A DNA stretch of 64,000 bases. Origin: Clostridium sp. CAG:343 (lineage in GTDB: Bacteria; Bacillota; Clostridia; TANB77; CAG-508). Where the stretch lies: positions 34,451 to 98,450 of the forward strand of contig FR888061.1 in assembly GCA_000431335.1 (NCBI GenBank), read 5' to 3'. Each line of letters starts with the position of its first letter. Position 1 is the stretch's first letter. Position numbers and translations under genes: made by a program. Shown piece after piece: positions 39,313-50,997 of this stretch. The notes below the pieces were generated by a model that had not been told where the DNA came from, made no database searches, and saw only the letters and a list, made by a program, of their open reading frames with translations.

Positions 39313-40317
39313 TTAACTATTTTTTTCTATATATCTCCAAGAATCCTTACACATATCTTCTAGTGTTTTTGTTGCTTCCCATCCTAATTCTTCTTTTGCT
39401 TTTTTAGGATCTGCGTAACAAGTTGCAATATCGCCTTCTCTTCTTGGAGCTATTTTATATGGTACCTCTTTTCCTGTTGATTTTTCAAAAGCTTTTACCA
39501 TATCTAATACACTATAACCATTTCCAGTTCCTAAGTTATAAATATATAACCCTTCTCCTTCTTTTTCTAATTTCTTTAAAGCTGATACATGTCCTTTTGC
39601 TAAATCCACAACATGGATATAATCTCTTACTCCTGTTCCATCTGGTGTATTGTAATCATTTCCAAATACTGATAATTCTTTTAACGTTCCCGCTGCTACT
39701 CTCGCAATATATGGCATCAAATTATTTGGTATTCCTTGTGGTTCTTCACCAATTAATCCAGATTCATGAGCTCCTACTGGATTAAAGTATCTTAGAATAC
39801 AAATATCCCAAGAATTATCAGAGGCATATAAATCTTTTAATATTTGTTCTATAAATAATTTTGAACTTCCATAAGGATTTGTAGTTCCTCCTATTTTGCA
39901 ATCTTCTGTTAATGGTATTCTCTCTGGTTCTCCATACACAGTAGCTGATGAACTAAATATGAATTTTTTTACTCCATATTTTTTCATAGTTTCTAATAAA
40001 ACTAAACATCCTGATATATTGTTATGATAATATTCTAATGGCTTTTGAATAGATTCTCCAACAGCTTTATAACCAGCAAAATTTAATACAGCTTCTATTT
40101 TATTTTCTTCAAATACTTTTTCTAACTTTTCTTTGTCTAAATAATCTATTTCATAAAATTTAAAATCTTTTCCTGATATTTCTTTTATTTTATCTAATAC
40201 TTCTGGTTTGCTATTTGAAAAGTTATCTATTATAACTATTTCCTTTCCTGCTTTTAATAACTCTACAGCTGTATGACTTCCTATATATCCTGCTCCTCCT
40301 GGTAATAATATTGACAT
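39313..40317 (-). CDS. galE: UDP-glucose 4-epimerase
   Basis: The ORF begins MSILLPGGAGYIGSH and contains YGSSK. The start was moved to M21, which has GGAGG upstream. Confidence 0.9.
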   Translation of the reverse strand: MSILLPGGAGYIGSHTAVELLKAGKEIVIIDNFSNSKPEVLDKIKEISGKDFKFYEIDYLDKEKLEKVFEENKIEAVLNFAGYKAVGESIQKPLEYYHNNISGCLVLLETMKKYGVKKFIFSSSATVYGEPERIPLTEDCKIGGTTNPYGSSKLFIEQILKDLYASDNSWDICILRYFNPVGAHESGLIGEEPQGIPNNLMPYIARVAAGTLKELSVFGNDYNTPDGTGVRDYIHVVDLAKGHVSALKKLEKEGEGLYIYNLGTGNGYSVLDMVKAFEKSTGKEVPYKIAPRREGDIATCYADPKKAKEELGWEATKTLEDMCKDSWRYIEKNS

Positions 40318-40330
40318 ATTAAATTCCTCC

Positions 40331-41725
40331 TTATCTTTTTTTGATTTCAGTTCCTTGTTTTGTATCTTTGATATCATATCCTTTTTGATTTATCAAGTCT
40401 CTTAATTCATCAGATTTATTCCATTCTTTATTTTCTCTTGCAATTCTTCTTTTATCAATCAAATCTAATATTTCTTTTGGTATATCTTGTTTTCCTGAAT
40501 TTTCTTCATTAATCTTAATCCCTAAAATATTATCAAATCTAGTAAGAATTTCTGCAATTTCTGGATTTTTCTTTTCAAATTTAGCAGCTTCCCAAACGAA
40601 GCTCATTGCAAGAGGCATATTTAAGTCATCATTGATAGCTTTATGAAAGCCTTCTTCTATTTGTTTTAATTTTTCTTTGTCTTCAATTGTTAATTTGTCT
40701 GTTCCATTTAAATTTAATTGATAACTATTACGTAATCTTTCTAATGACTTTGATGCCGCCTCTAATCCTTCCCATGTGAAGTTTAGTTTATTTCTATAAT
40801 GGCATGAATAACTAAATAACTTATATGCTATTGGATCATATCCTTTTTCTATAAAATCCTTAACTAAATATACATTTCCAAGACTTTTTGACATTTTTCC
40901 ACCATTAATTAGTAAATATTCTCCATGTATCCAGTATCTTGCTGGTATCTTTCCACAAGCACCTTTGCTTTGTGCAATCTCATTTTCATGATGAGTCGGA
41001 ATTAAATCAATTCCTCCTGTATGAATGTCAAATTGCTCTCCTAAGTATTTTTTTCCCATTGCTGAACATTCTATGTGCCATCCTGGATAGCTTGGTCCCC
41101 ATGGGCTATCCCATTTCATCAAATGATTTTCTGGTGCTTTTATCCATAATGCAAAGTCTTGAGGATTTCGTTTTTCTGGATCCACTTCAATTCTTGCTCC
41201 AGCTTTTTGATTTTCTATATTTAAGTTTGATAATATAGGATACTTATCTAATTTTGATATATCAAAATAAATTGCTGTTGATGTTTCATATGCATATCCA
41301 TTTTCTATTAATTTTTCAACATATTCTATCATCTCTTTTATATGTTCTGTTGCTTTGCATATTATTTCTGGTGTTTCTATATTTAACAAATTTAAATCAT
41401 CAAAAAATAGCTTTGTATAATGTTCTGCTATTTCTAAAGGAGTTTTATGTTCTTCATTTGCTGATTTTAGCATTTTGTCTTCTCCTTCATCTCCATCTGA
41501 TACTAAATGTCCAACGTCTGTTATATTCATAACATGTTTTATTTTATATCCATTATATCTCAATACTCGTCTTAAAACATCTTGAAATATATTAGTTCTT
41601 ATATTACCTATAGTTGCATTTTTATAAACAGTTGGTCCACAAGAATACATTCTTACTTCTTGTTTGTCAATTGGTATAAATTTTTCTTTTTGTCTTGTAA
41701 GTGTATTATAAAAATATATATCCAT
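40331..41725 (-). CDS. cysS: cysteine--tRNA ligase
   Basis: It contains CGPTVY, HIGN-like, GWHIECS and KMSKSLGN motifs. The start was moved to M17 (AAAGGAGAG upstream), because the longer ORF would cover the upstream terminator. Confidence 0.9.
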   Translation of the reverse strand: MDIYFYNTLTRQKEKFIPIDKQEVRMYSCGPTVYKNATIGNIRTNIFQDVLRRVLRYNGYKIKHVMNITDVGHLVSDGDEGEDKMLKSANEEHKTPLEIAEHYTKLFFDDLNLLNIETPEIICKATEHIKEMIEYVEKLIENGYAYETSTAIYFDISKLDKYPILSNLNIENQKAGARIEVDPEKRNPQDFALWIKAPENHLMKWDSPWGPSYPGWHIECSAMGKKYLGEQFDIHTGGIDLIPTHHENEIAQSKGACGKIPARYWIHGEYLLINGGKMSKSLGNVYLVKDFIEKGYDPIAYKLFSYSCHYRNKLNFTWEGLEAASKSLERLRNSYQLNLNGTDKLTIEDKEKLKQIEEGFHKAINDDLNMPLAMSFVWEAAKFEKKNPEIAEILTRFDNILGIKINEENSGKQDIPKEILDLIDKRRIARENKEWNKSDELRDLINQKGYDIKDTKQGTEIKKR

Positions 41726-41743
41726 AAACTTCTCTCCTTTTAC

Positions 41744-41774
41744 TAAAATTGCCAAAAATATTAATTTTGGCAAT
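41744..41774 (-). terminator. hairpin terminator after the PBP gene
   Basis: A 10 bp stem ATTGCCAAAA/TTTTGGCAAT is followed on the minus strand by TTTTAG. Confidence 0.45.
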
Positions 41775-41796
41775 TTTATTGCTTAATATTACAATA

Positions 41797-44406
41797 TTAT
41801 GTTTCAGCACCTGGATCTTCAGTTCCAGATGTATTTGTATTCCCACCTGTATTCGTTGTATTTCCACCTGTGCTTGTATTTCCACTTGTATTTATATTTT
41901 CACCTGTATTTGTTGTGGTTTCTGATCCTGTGTTTGTTGTATTATGTTTTGGTTTTTCAGGCTCTTTTGGTTTTTCCTCTGGTTTCTTATGGATATCACA
42001 AATTTCTTCAACTTTTGTTCCTGAAGAACTATTTTTTCCACTTACTGGTGTCCAAAGTTTTAATTGTTCTTTTGGTACTGTCGCACCATAATTGTTTACT
42101 TTTGTCTCTGGACAATACTCATTTGCTACTTTTCCAGATTCAGTACATAATTTTTGACTTCCATGTCCTTGACATTTTTCAGGTATATTATTTGATGCAA
42201 ATATTTCTTTATAAGTATCTGTACATCCTGTTGTAGCTAAACATCCTGTTGTTCTACATACTGTTTGTTCTACAATTCCACTTGGCTTTTGGAAAGATGC
42301 ATTTGCTAACTTTTTATGAATGTCTGTCATTACTGCATCCCATATTTGACCTGCTGGATTTTGAGAAAATCCTTTTACTTCTTCACTGTCATCATATCCA
42401 AACCATGTTGCGGCAGAATAATATGGCGTAAATCCACATAACCATCTGTCATAACTCTTGTCAGTTGTTCCTGTTTTTGCAGCTACATCCATTCCTGATA
42501 TTCTACAATAAGTAGCTGTTCCTCTTGAACTATTTACTGGCTCTTGAGTTATCTTTTTAGTAAGATATGCTGTTTGTTCTGAAACTGCTCTTACTTGTTC
42601 TTGTTTTGGTGTTAATACTGTGTTCCCACTACTATCTACTACTTTAGTATAGAATGTTGGTGTAATATAAATTCCATCATTAGCAATAGTTCCATATGCT
42701 GCTGCCATTTCTAATGGACTAACACCGTCTGTCATACCTCCAATTGCTAATGATAATACATTATCTTTTTTATCGTCTAATGAAGTTATTCCCATCTTTT
42801 TAAGATATTGAATAGATTTTTCTGGTGTTAATTCTTTCATTATTTTTAAAGCTGGTATGTTTTGTGAAGTTTCTATAAATTGTCTTATATTAATAATTCC
42901 TCTATATCTTTCTCCATCATTTTTAGGTGTGTATCCTCCACCAAAATCAGTTTTTACGTCATCATATACTGTAGCAGGTGTAATTACCTTTTCCTCTAAT
43001 GCTGGAGCCACATCTGCTATTGGTTTTATAGAAGATCCTGTTTGTTTTTTCATTTGAGTTGCTCTATTCCATCCAGATCCTTCTTTTGTTCCTAAGCCAC
43101 CTGCAATTCCTACAACATTTCCTGTTTTATAATCAATAATAGCCATTCCAGATTGTGTTGTTTGCTTTTTACTAGGGCTCGTCTTTTTATATTTTTCTTT
43201 TGCATATTCTTCTTCTAGTCTAGCTTGTATAGTAGAATCTACTGTTGAATAAATAGTTAATCCACTACTATACACATAATTTTCTGCTAATTGTCTTGAA
43301 ATATCTTTTTCATCCATTACTTGGTTAATTACTTGGTCTATTACTGCATCTGTATGATAAGAATAAGTAGTTCCTGTTGCAATAGCAGCTTTTTCAAATT
43401 TTAATCCTTCTTCTGCTTGTTTTACAGCTTCATTGTATTCTTCTTCATTTTGAATATATCCCAATTCTTTCATTTTAGCTAATACTGTTAATACTTTTGA
43501 TTTTATTCTTTCATCTCTTTTTTCTTCTGTGTCATTATTTGAAGCTAACTTGTATGGATTATAATAATTAGGTGATGAGTTAATTCCTGCTAAAAATGCA
43601 CATTCTGCTAAACTTAAATCTTTTGCACTTTTATTAAAATAATATTCTGCTCCTAATTCTACTCCATGTAGATTTCCTTCTCCACCCACATATAAAATAT
43701 TTAAGTATAATTCTAATATTTGATCTTTAGATATCATTCTTTCTACTTGATAAGCTTTTGCCCATTCTTTTACTTTTCTAAAAATTCCTGCAAGTCCTGA
43801 AGATTCATCATCTTTTGTTATATTCTTTACTAATTGCTGTGTAATTGTACTACCACCATACGAACTATTACCAGTTACAGTGTGTAATATTGCTCCTGCT
43901 GTTCTTTTTAAATCTACTCCATTATGTTTATAAAATCTTTCATCTTCAATTGCAACATATGCTTTTGGTAAGTAATCTGCCATATCTTCAAGTGTAATTA
44001 CTTTTCTTTTTTCATCACCACTTAAATTAGCAATAACTCCTCCATTTGAGTCTACAACAACTGAATTAGATGCTCCTATTTTTAATTCTTCTTTTGTTAT
44101 TTCAAAATCGTCTCCAAATAGTCCAAAAAACATTCCTGCTACAATTCCTGCACCTATTACACAAAGTAATAAAAATATAACTAACATTATTTTTATAGCC
44201 ATTCTCAATTTTGGATGCTTTTTTTCCTTTTTCACTTTTTTCGTTTTTTTATTCTCAACTGGTTTATACATTTTAGTAGAATCATCTACTTTTTTAGCTT
44301 TTGCTCTTTTACCAGTTTTTCTTTTTTTATTTTGAGTTCTGTATTGTCTTGTTTTTTCATTACTTTTTTGTCTATTACTTCTATTTTCTCTACTATTATT
44401 TGGCAT
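41797..44406 (-). CDS. class A penicillin-binding protein (glycosyltransferase plus transpeptidase) with a Cys-rich and Thr/Asn/Gly-rich C-terminal extension
   Basis: An 869 aa ORF with the GT51 motifs EDERFYKHNG and GGSTITQQ and the transpeptidase motifs SSIKP and KTGTT. Confidence 0.9.
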   Translation of the reverse strand: MPNNSRENRSNRQKSNEKTRQYRTQNKKRKTGKRAKAKKVDDSTKMYKPVENKKTKKVKKEKKHPKLRMAIKIMLVIFLLLCVIGAGIVAGMFFGLFGDDFEITKEELKIGASNSVVVDSNGGVIANLSGDEKRKVITLEDMADYLPKAYVAIEDERFYKHNGVDLKRTAGAILHTVTGNSSYGGSTITQQLVKNITKDDESSGLAGIFRKVKEWAKAYQVERMISKDQILELYLNILYVGGEGNLHGVELGAEYYFNKSAKDLSLAECAFLAGINSSPNYYNPYKLASNNDTEEKRDERIKSKVLTVLAKMKELGYIQNEEEYNEAVKQAEEGLKFEKAAIATGTTYSYHTDAVIDQVINQVMDEKDISRQLAENYVYSSGLTIYSTVDSTIQARLEEEYAKEKYKKTSPSKKQTTQSGMAIIDYKTGNVVGIAGGLGTKEGSGWNRATQMKKQTGSSIKPIADVAPALEEKVITPATVYDDVKTDFGGGYTPKNDGERYRGIINIRQFIETSQNIPALKIMKELTPEKSIQYLKKMGITSLDDKKDNVLSLAIGGMTDGVSPLEMAAAYGTIANDGIYITPTFYTKVVDSSGNTVLTPKQEQVRAVSEQTAYLTKKITQEPVNSSRGTATYCRISGMDVAAKTGTTDKSYDRWLCGFTPYYSAATWFGYDDSEEVKGFSQNPAGQIWDAVMTDIHKKLANASFQKPSGIVEQTVCRTTGCLATTGCTDTYKEIFASNNIPEKCQGHGSQKLCTESGKVANEYCPETKVNNYGATVPKEQLKLWTPVSGKNSSSGTKVEEICDIHKKPEEKPKEPEKPKHNTTNTGSETTTNTGENINTSGNTSTGGNTTNTGGNTNTSGTEDPGAET

Positions 44407-44569
44407 CTTATTCCCTCCTTGCCAATTATAAATTTATGCATGTACATTATATTATATTTTGTAAAAAAAGAAAAGCTTTTAAATAAAATTTTAGTAATTT
44501 AGATTAAATATATTACAGTTCATTTAAATAGTATGCATGTTGATCATATACACAGTAAACATTACTTTT

Positions 44570-45427
44570 TTATATTGTTGATTTATTTCCCACCAATTCT
44601 ATTATCTTCACTTGGTCCTCGTCAATTCTCTTCATTATAAATTTATACGGTTGTTTTTTTATAATTTTTGCTTCATATATATCCTTCTTATTGTATTTTT
44701 CTTTTTTCTCAAAGTCAAATTCATCTTCATATTTAAAACATATCTCGTAATCATTTATATTTATGCCATTAAATCTTTTTTTCTCTATTTTAACATTTCC
44801 TTTTAAATTAACAATAATTGCTTCTTCATATATTTGATATTTGTTAATCAGTTCTGTTGGGAAATCAATATTTAAAATTATTTTAGATTTCAAAAGACTT
44901 TTTCTTCTATTGTTACTAATTACTAACATAATTCCTTCTTTTTCTAAAATCTGTTTTTCTATTTTCTTAAATTTTTCTATATGATTTGTTACGATATTAA
45001 TTTTTTTATATTCTTTTACTATTTCTTTTATATTTTCTAAAATATTGTCATTGATATCATTTACCAATATTGATATTGACACTTCTTCTTTTTTCATATT
45101 TTTCTTTTCTATTATATATTTTAAAGATTTAAGCATTAATACTTCAAACAACCATCTTCCATCTATTATATCAAAATTATATGTATATAAATAATTTTGA
45201 TAATCCTGTTGTTTTTTTATTTCTTTACTTAAAATTACTTTATTGCAATTTGTTTTGCTTAATATCTTTTTAGTTTTATTTGCCAATACTTTACTCTTTT
45301 TAAAATCCATTTTTTCTTCAGCTTCTATTGGTAATATTATTTTATTTTCTTTGAGTTTTACTATATTAAATAATTTTAATATAAAGTTAGGCTTGTCAGT
45401 TTCTTGAATATAATACAAAAAAATCAC
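44570..45427 (-). CDS. uncharacterized protein
   Basis: A 285 aa ORF in the same orientation as its neighbours. No motif was recognised. Confidence 0.55.
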   Translation of the reverse strand: MIFLYYIQETDKPNFILKLFNIVKLKENKIILPIEAEEKMDFKKSKVLANKTKKILSKTNCNKVILSKEIKKQQDYQNYLYTYNFDIIDGRWLFEVLMLKSLKYIIEKKNMKKEEVSISILVNDINDNILENIKEIVKEYKKINIVTNHIEKFKKIEKQILEKEGIMLVISNNRRKSLLKSKIILNIDFPTELINKYQIYEEAIIVNLKGNVKIEKKRFNGININDYEICFKYEDEFDFEKKEKYNKKDIYEAKIIKKQPYKFIMKRIDEDQVKIIELVGNKSTI

Positions 45428-45524
45428 TCCTCATATATTTTTAATTAAATATATGAAAGTGATTTTTATAATATACTAAATAACAAAACATTTTACTTTA
45501 CATTCTTTATTGATATATAAGGTT

Positions 45525-46391
45525 TTATATTATAATAATATCTCTTTTTAAAATATTATCTTTTATGCAACCAATACCTATAAATTTGTTATTATTATAA
45601 ATTTTAAAAGCTCCATCTTTTTCTTTTACTTTTAATTGTACTCCATTTAAGAATAATTTTAATTTTTTATCTTCTAATATTATGTTTTTACTTTTATCAA
45701 ATAATCTTTCTATTGTTATTAAATTATTATTAATATTTTCTATATTATTATTTATTGTTTCTAAAGTTATAGATTCAGTAATATCAAATCTACCAACACA
45801 TAATCTTTCTAAATCTGACATACAACCTATTGTGCCAAGCTTTTTAGCAATATCTGAACATAAACTTCTAATATATGTTCCTTTTGAACAACTTACTTTA
45901 AATACAATTTCTTTATTATCTCTATCTATTTTTTCTAAATTCATGTCATATATTTCTATTGTCCTTGGCTGAATTATAACCTCTTTTCCTTCTCTAGCAT
46001 ATTCATATAACTTTTTTCCGTCAACTTTTATTGCAGAATATATAGGAGGTATTTGTTCTTGTTTTCCAACAAAACTCTTTAATATATTTTCAACATTGCT
46101 TTTTTCTAAAATTTTAATATCAACGGCTTGTTCTTGTATCACTCTTCCTTCTAAGTCTTTTGTGTCTGTTTCAATTCCTAATTTTAGCGTAGCTTTATAA
46201 GTTTTATCGTGTTCTATTAAATATTTTGAGCACAATGTTCCTTTCCCTATTAATAATGGCAACACTCCTGTTGCCATTGGATCTAAAGTGCCTGTATGTC
46301 CCACTTTCTCTTTTGTTATTTTTTTTATTTTATGTACTATATCATGAGATGTACATCCTTTATGTTTATTTATTATTAATATTCCATCCAT
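45525..46391 (-). CDS. truB: tRNA pseudouridine(55) synthase
   Basis: It contains HTGTLDPMATGVLPLLIG and has a PUA-like C-terminus. Confidence 0.9.
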   Translation of the reverse strand: MDGILIINKHKGCTSHDIVHKIKKITKEKVGHTGTLDPMATGVLPLLIGKGTLCSKYLIEHDKTYKATLKLGIETDTKDLEGRVIQEQAVDIKILEKSNVENILKSFVGKQEQIPPIYSAIKVDGKKLYEYAREGKEVIIQPRTIEIYDMNLEKIDRDNKEIVFKVSCSKGTYIRSLCSDIAKKLGTIGCMSDLERLCVGRFDITESITLETINNNIENINNNLITIERLFDKSKNIILEDKKLKLFLNGVQLKVKEKDGAFKIYNNNKFIGIGCIKDNILKRDIIII

Positions 46392-46403
46392 TTTTTTATT
46401 TCC

Positions 46404-47351
46404 TTACAATGCTTTTTTTACTTCTTTTAAGACTTTTTCTCTTACTTGTTCTAGAGTTCCTTGTATTAATCCTCCAGCTGCTCGTGGATGTCCTCCTCCA
46501 CCAAACATCAAGCATACATCTGAAACATTTACTTCATTTCCTGAACGCAATGAAATTTTAAAAGCATTTTCTTCTTTTTGTCTTACAAATATTGAAACTT
46601 CTACACCTTCAATGTCTCTTCCTATTTCAACTAGTCCTTCATGGTCTCCCGGTTCTGCATTTACTTCTTCTTCATCTTTAATAGTGATATATGTAAATGT
46701 TACTTTTCCATCTTCTAATAGCTCCATTCTGTCAATTACCTTTTTAGTTAGTAGAAAATTAGCCTTAGTTTTAGTATTTAAGGTTCTTTTATATATATAT
46801 GGAATGTTAACTCCTTTTCTTACTAATTCAGCTGCAAATTCAAATGTTTCTGAATTTGTTCCATCATGTCTAAATCCTCCTGTGTCTGTTATTATTCCAG
46901 TCATTATGCATGTTCCAAGTTCCTTCGTTATTTTCATTTTAAAATATTCTGCTATTCCTGCTAATATTTCGCAACATGCTGGAGAAACAGGATTTACGTA
47001 ATTTAAATCTCCAAACATATTATTACTTCCATGATGATCAATTACTATTGTTTTTTTAGCATTTTCAAAATATTCTTTTTTAGCTATTCTTTTTATGTCA
47101 GCACAATCTACTGCAATTGCTAAATCGTAGTTTTTTATTTCTGATTCTTTCTTTATTGTCTCAATACCTGGTAAAAAGTCAAATAGTCTAGAATACTCAG
47201 GAATAATAACATCACATTCTTTTTCCAATTCTTTTAGCATAAGTCTCATAGCTAAACTACTACCTATAGCGTCTCCATCAGGAGATTCATGTGTTAAGAT
47301 TACAATATTTTGAGCCACTTTTATTTCTTTTAATATTTCATCTAATGTCAT
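46404..47351 (-). CDS. DHH/DHHA1-family phosphoesterase (NrnA-like)
   Basis: It contains HESPDGDAIGS, DHH and GGGHPRAAG. Confidence 0.8.
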   Translation of the reverse strand: MTLDEILKEIKVAQNIVILTHESPDGDAIGSSLAMRLMLKELEKECDVIIPEYSRLFDFLPGIETIKKESEIKNYDLAIAVDCADIKRIAKKEYFENAKKTIVIDHHGSNNMFGDLNYVNPVSPACCEILAGIAEYFKMKITKELGTCIMTGIITDTGGFRHDGTNSETFEFAAELVRKGVNIPYIYKRTLNTKTKANFLLTKKVIDRMELLEDGKVTFTYITIKDEEEVNAEPGDHEGLVEIGRDIEGVEVSIFVRQKEENAFKISLRSGNEVNVSDVCLMFGGGGHPRAAGGLIQGTLEQVREKVLKEVKKAL

Positions 47352-47353
47352 AT

Positions 47354-47719
47354 TTATTTCTCCTCTTCTTTTTTAGGCATAATTTCTTTTAATATGCTAT
47401 CAATCTTTGCTCCATATTCTAAAGAATCATCTAATTCGAATAAAATTTCTGGGGTATTTCTTAAATTTATTTTTCTTGCTAATTCACTTCTTATAAATCC
47501 TGAAGATTTCTTTAATCCTTCCATTGTTTCTTTTAAATTTTTTGAATTTAAAATGCTTACATATACTTTTGCATATTTTAAGTCGTTAGTTACCTTTACT
47601 TTTGTTACACTAATTAATCCTGTTACATTTGGATTTTTTAATTGATAACTAATGATTTGGCTTATTTCTTTTTTGTATTCTTCATCAATGCGTCCTAATC
47701 TATTCTGATTTTCTGGCAT
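47354..47719 (-). CDS. rbfA: ribosome-binding factor A
   Basis: A 121 aa ORF in the conserved operon position, containing VTKVKVTNDLKYAKVYVS. Confidence 0.9.
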   Translation of the reverse strand: MPENQNRLGRIDEEYKKEISQIISYQLKNPNVTGLISVTKVKVTNDLKYAKVYVSILNSKNLKETMEGLKKSSGFIRSELARKINLRNTPEILFELDDSLEYGAKIDSILKEIMPKKEEEK

Positions 47720-47765
47720 TTTATTTTTCCTCCTTTTATAAGAGAAATATCCCTAAAAAGGGACA

Positions 47766-50699
47766 TTATCTCTTAATTTCTTCCATAATATATACTTCTA
47801 TTACGTCTCCTTCTTTGATGTCGTTATAATTTTCAATTTGAATTCCACATTCAAATCCTTTAGTAACTTCTTTTACATCATCTTTAAATCTTTTTAATGT
47901 AGCTAAATGTCCATCATGTATTACTACATTTTCACGAATCACTCTAACTCCCGCATTTCTTTCTACTTTTCCTGAAATTACATAACATCCTGCAATAGTT
48001 CCAACATTAGATATTTTAAAAGTTTGTCTTACTTCTGCATTTCCAATTACTTTTTCTTCATATTTTGGATCTAGCATTCCTTTCATCGCAGCTTCTACAT
48101 CTTCTATTGCTTGATAAATAATAGAATATTGTTTTATTTCTACTTCATCTTTTTCTGCCATTTCTTTTGCCATATTATCAGGTCTTACATTAAACGCTAT
48201 GATTATAGCATTTGATACTTTTGCAAGTGTTACATCTGATTGATTAACAGCACCTGCAGCTGCATGAATTACTTTTACTTTTACTTCTTCGTTTTCTAGT
48301 TTTTCCATTGCTTGTTTTACTGCTTCAACAGATCCTTGTACATCTGCTTTTACAATTAGGTTTAGCACTTTTAAATTTCCTTGTTCCATTTGTGTAAATA
48401 GATTATCTAATGTTACTTTTGTTGCACTGTTAATTGCTTTTTCTCTTGCTTGACGTTTTCTTCTTTCTATTAAATGTTTAGCCATTTTTTCATTTTTAAC
48501 TTCATAGAAAGTATCTCCAGCTTCTGGAACTTCTGTTAATCCCATTATTTCTACCGGTGTAGATGGTCCTGCAGCTTTTACACTTTTTCCTTTATCATCT
48601 TTCATCGCTCTAATTCTTCCTATAGATGAGCCTACTACTATTGTATCTCCTACATCTAAAGTTCCTCTTTGTACAAGCATTGTAGCAATTGCTCCTTTTG
48701 ATTTGTCTAATCTTGCTTCTATAACAGCTCCTTTTGCTTGTTTATGTGGATTTGCTTTTAATTCTAATACATCTGCTTCTAATAGTACCATTTCTAATAA
48801 TTGGTCAATATTTTCTCCTTTTTTAGCAGATATTGGTACATATATTGTATCTCCACCCCATTCTTCAGGAACCAATTCATATGCCATTAATTCTTGTTTT
48901 ACTTTTTCTATATTTGCATCTGGTAAATCAATTTTATTTATTGCAACAATAATAGGTATTCCTGCTGATTTAGCGTGATTAATAGCTTCTATCGTTTGAG
49001 GTTTTACCCCATCATTTGCTGCTACAACTAAAATAGCAATATCTGTAATCTGAGCTCCTCTAGCTCTCATTGCTGTAAACGCTTCATGTCCTGGAGTATC
49101 TAAGAAAGTAATTTCTCTATCTTTTACTTTTACTTTATATGCACCAATTGCTTGTGTAATTCCTCCTGCTTCCCCTTCAATCACATTTGTTTTTCTAACA
49201 GCATCTAGAAGTGATGTTTTTCCATGGTCAACATGCCCCATTACAACAATTACTGGAGGTCTTGTTTCTAATTCTTCTTCTTTATCTTCAGAATCATCAA
49301 ACAATATATCTTCCTCTGTTACTGTTTCTTTTTTAGTTGCTGTAATTCCAAATTCTTGTGCAATTAAATAAGCTGTATCAAAATCTATTTCTTGATTAAT
49401 TGTAGCCATTATTCCATATCCTAATAGTTTCTTTATTACCTCTGCAGTTGTTTTTTTCATATCTGCTGCTAAATCTTTTACAGTTACTGTTTCTGGAATT
49501 TCAATTTCTGTTAATTGGAATATTTTTTGTTTTGTTCTCTCTTCTTGATTTTGATTTTTTCTCTTTTTGCCTCTTCTACCTCTCTCTGTTGTTAAATCAT
49601 AATAATCTAACATTCCTCCATCTTGTTCATCAAACATATTTGACAATCTGTTTGCTTGTTTCAAGCTTTTTAGTTTTCCTTCATCAAAATCTCCTGCTGA
49701 ATTGTTTCTTCTTGATTTTGATTTTTTCCCTTTATTTTCCTCAAATTTATTATTATTTTTTTGTTTATCAATTCCTCTATTATATTCTCTAACACTTTCT
49801 TTTTCAACAGTTTCAACTGACATGATATTTTTAATATTTTTTTCAATCCCTTTTTCGTCTAAAGGTCTTTTATTAAATCTATCATTATTATTTCTATTAT
49901 TAAACCTATTATTTCCGTTATTGTTATTATTACCATTAAATCTGCCATTATTATTGCTGTTATTATTATTAAATCTATTGTTATTATGGTTAAATCTATT
50001 ATTATTTCTATTGTTATTATTATAATTATTAGAATTTTGGCCATAATTATTTCTATTTTGTCTATTGTCTCGATTTTCTCTATTCATTTTATTTTCTCTT
50101 CCAATCGTTTTGTTTTCTCTTTCTTGCTTTTGAGGTTTAGAATCTAATGCAACTTTTTTTAATGTTTCTTCTTTTTTTACTTCTTTTACTTCCTCTTTTT
50201 TCATTTCTTCTTTTTTATTTTCTTGTTCAACTTTAACTTTTTCTTCTTTTTTTGGTTCCTCTTTTTTAAGTCCAAATAGTTCACTAACTGTCATAGGTTT
50301 GCTTGGTTTATTTCTATACACAATATTATAGTCTTTGTTTTGTTTTCTTTCTACAAATCCTACATTGTTCTTTTTATTTTCCTTTTTTACTGGTTCTTTC
50401 TTTTTTGTTTGTTCTGCTTCTTGTGAAATAATAACTTCTCTTCTAATAATAACAGGTGCTTTTTCTTCCTTTTTTGTTCCTATTTTTTCTTTTTTTACTA
50501 TTTCTTTTTCTTGCTTTTTGTTCTCTTTTTTGTTTATATCATCTTCAATTCTTTTCGCTTCTTCCTCTTCTATTCCACTCAAATGACTTTTCACATTAAT
50601 ATTTAGCTTTTTTGCTACTTCTAATACTTCTTTACTGGTTAAGTTTAGCTTTTTTGCTATATCATATATTTTTATCTTACCCAATAACTTCACCCCCAT
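47766..50699 (-). CDS. infB: translation initiation factor IF-2 with an unusually Asn/Arg-rich N-terminal region
   Basis: It has the G-domain motifs [17 protein letters not shown] and NKID. The real start may be the TTG at 50684, just after GGGGGTG. Confidence 0.9.
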   Translation of the reverse strand: MGVKLLGKIKIYDIAKKLNLTSKEVLEVAKKLNINVKSHLSGIEEEEAKRIEDDINKKENKKQEKEIVKKEKIGTKKEEKAPVIIRREVIISQEAEQTKKKEPVKKENKKNNVGFVERKQNKDYNIVYRNKPSKPMTVSELFGLKKEEPKKEEKVKVEQENKKEEMKKEEVKEVKKEETLKKVALDSKPQKQERENKTIGRENKMNRENRDNRQNRNNYGQNSNNYNNNNRNNNRFNHNNNRFNNNNSNNNGRFNGNNNNNGNNRFNNRNNNDRFNKRPLDEKGIEKNIKNIMSVETVEKESVREYNRGIDKQKNNNKFEENKGKKSKSRRNNSAGDFDEGKLKSLKQANRLSNMFDEQDGGMLDYYDLTTERGRRGKKRKNQNQEERTKQKIFQLTEIEIPETVTVKDLAADMKKTTAEVIKKLLGYGIMATINQEIDFDTAYLIAQEFGITATKKETVTEEDILFDDSEDKEEELETRPPVIVVMGHVDHGKTSLLDAVRKTNVIEGEAGGITQAIGAYKVKVKDREITFLDTPGHEAFTAMRARGAQITDIAILVVAANDGVKPQTIEAINHAKSAGIPIIVAINKIDLPDANIEKVKQELMAYELVPEEWGGDTIYVPISAKKGENIDQLLEMVLLEADVLELKANPHKQAKGAVIEARLDKSKGAIATMLVQRGTLDVGDTIVVGSSIGRIRAMKDDKGKSVKAAGPSTPVEIMGLTEVPEAGDTFYEVKNEKMAKHLIERRKRQAREKAINSATKVTLDNLFTQMEQGNLKVLNLIVKADVQGSVEAVKQAMEKLENEEVKVKVIHAAAGAVNQSDVTLAKVSNAIIIAFNVRPDNMAKEMAEKDEVEIKQYSIIYQAIEDVEAAMKGMLDPKYEEKVIGNAEVRQTFKISNVGTIAGCYVISGKVERNAGVRVIRENVVIHDGHLATLKRFKDDVKEVTKGFECGIQIENYNDIKEGDVIEVYIMEEIKR

Positions 50700-50997
50700 T
50701 ATTTATTTTTTGAATTTCTTTTGATAAGTTTATATCTTCAATTCCTAATATTGCCTTATTTGATTTACCAATTGCTTTGCTTAATTCCTCTATTTTTCCA
50801 ATTATTATAATTGGCACTTTATATTTTTCGCTTAAATATTTAAATTTATCTTTTGTCCTCTCCGAAGAGTCCTCAGCTACAATTATTAAAGTAACTTTCC
50901 TATTTTTTATACTATCTTCCACACTATCTGATCCAAAGCTTATTTTCCTTGCCTTTGCTGATAATCCTATTAATCCTAATATCTTTTTATTTATCAA
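50677..50997 (-). CDS. ylxQ: L7Ae-family RNA-binding protein (YlxQ-like)
   Basis: A 106 aa ORF in the conserved position between ylxR and infB. Confidence 0.75.
   Translation of the reverse strand: MINKKILGLIGLSAKARKISFGSDSVEDSIKNRKVTLIIVAEDSSERTKDKFKYLSEKYKVPIIIIGKIEELSKAIGKSNKAILGIEDINLSKEIQKINNGGEVIG

Noticed and set aside
49850-50090. Repetitive AAT/ATT-rich DNA that might be taken for a tandem repeat array or CRISPR-like structure.
   Set aside because: It is the in-frame Asn-rich coding region of infB, with no regular repeat-spacer architecture.
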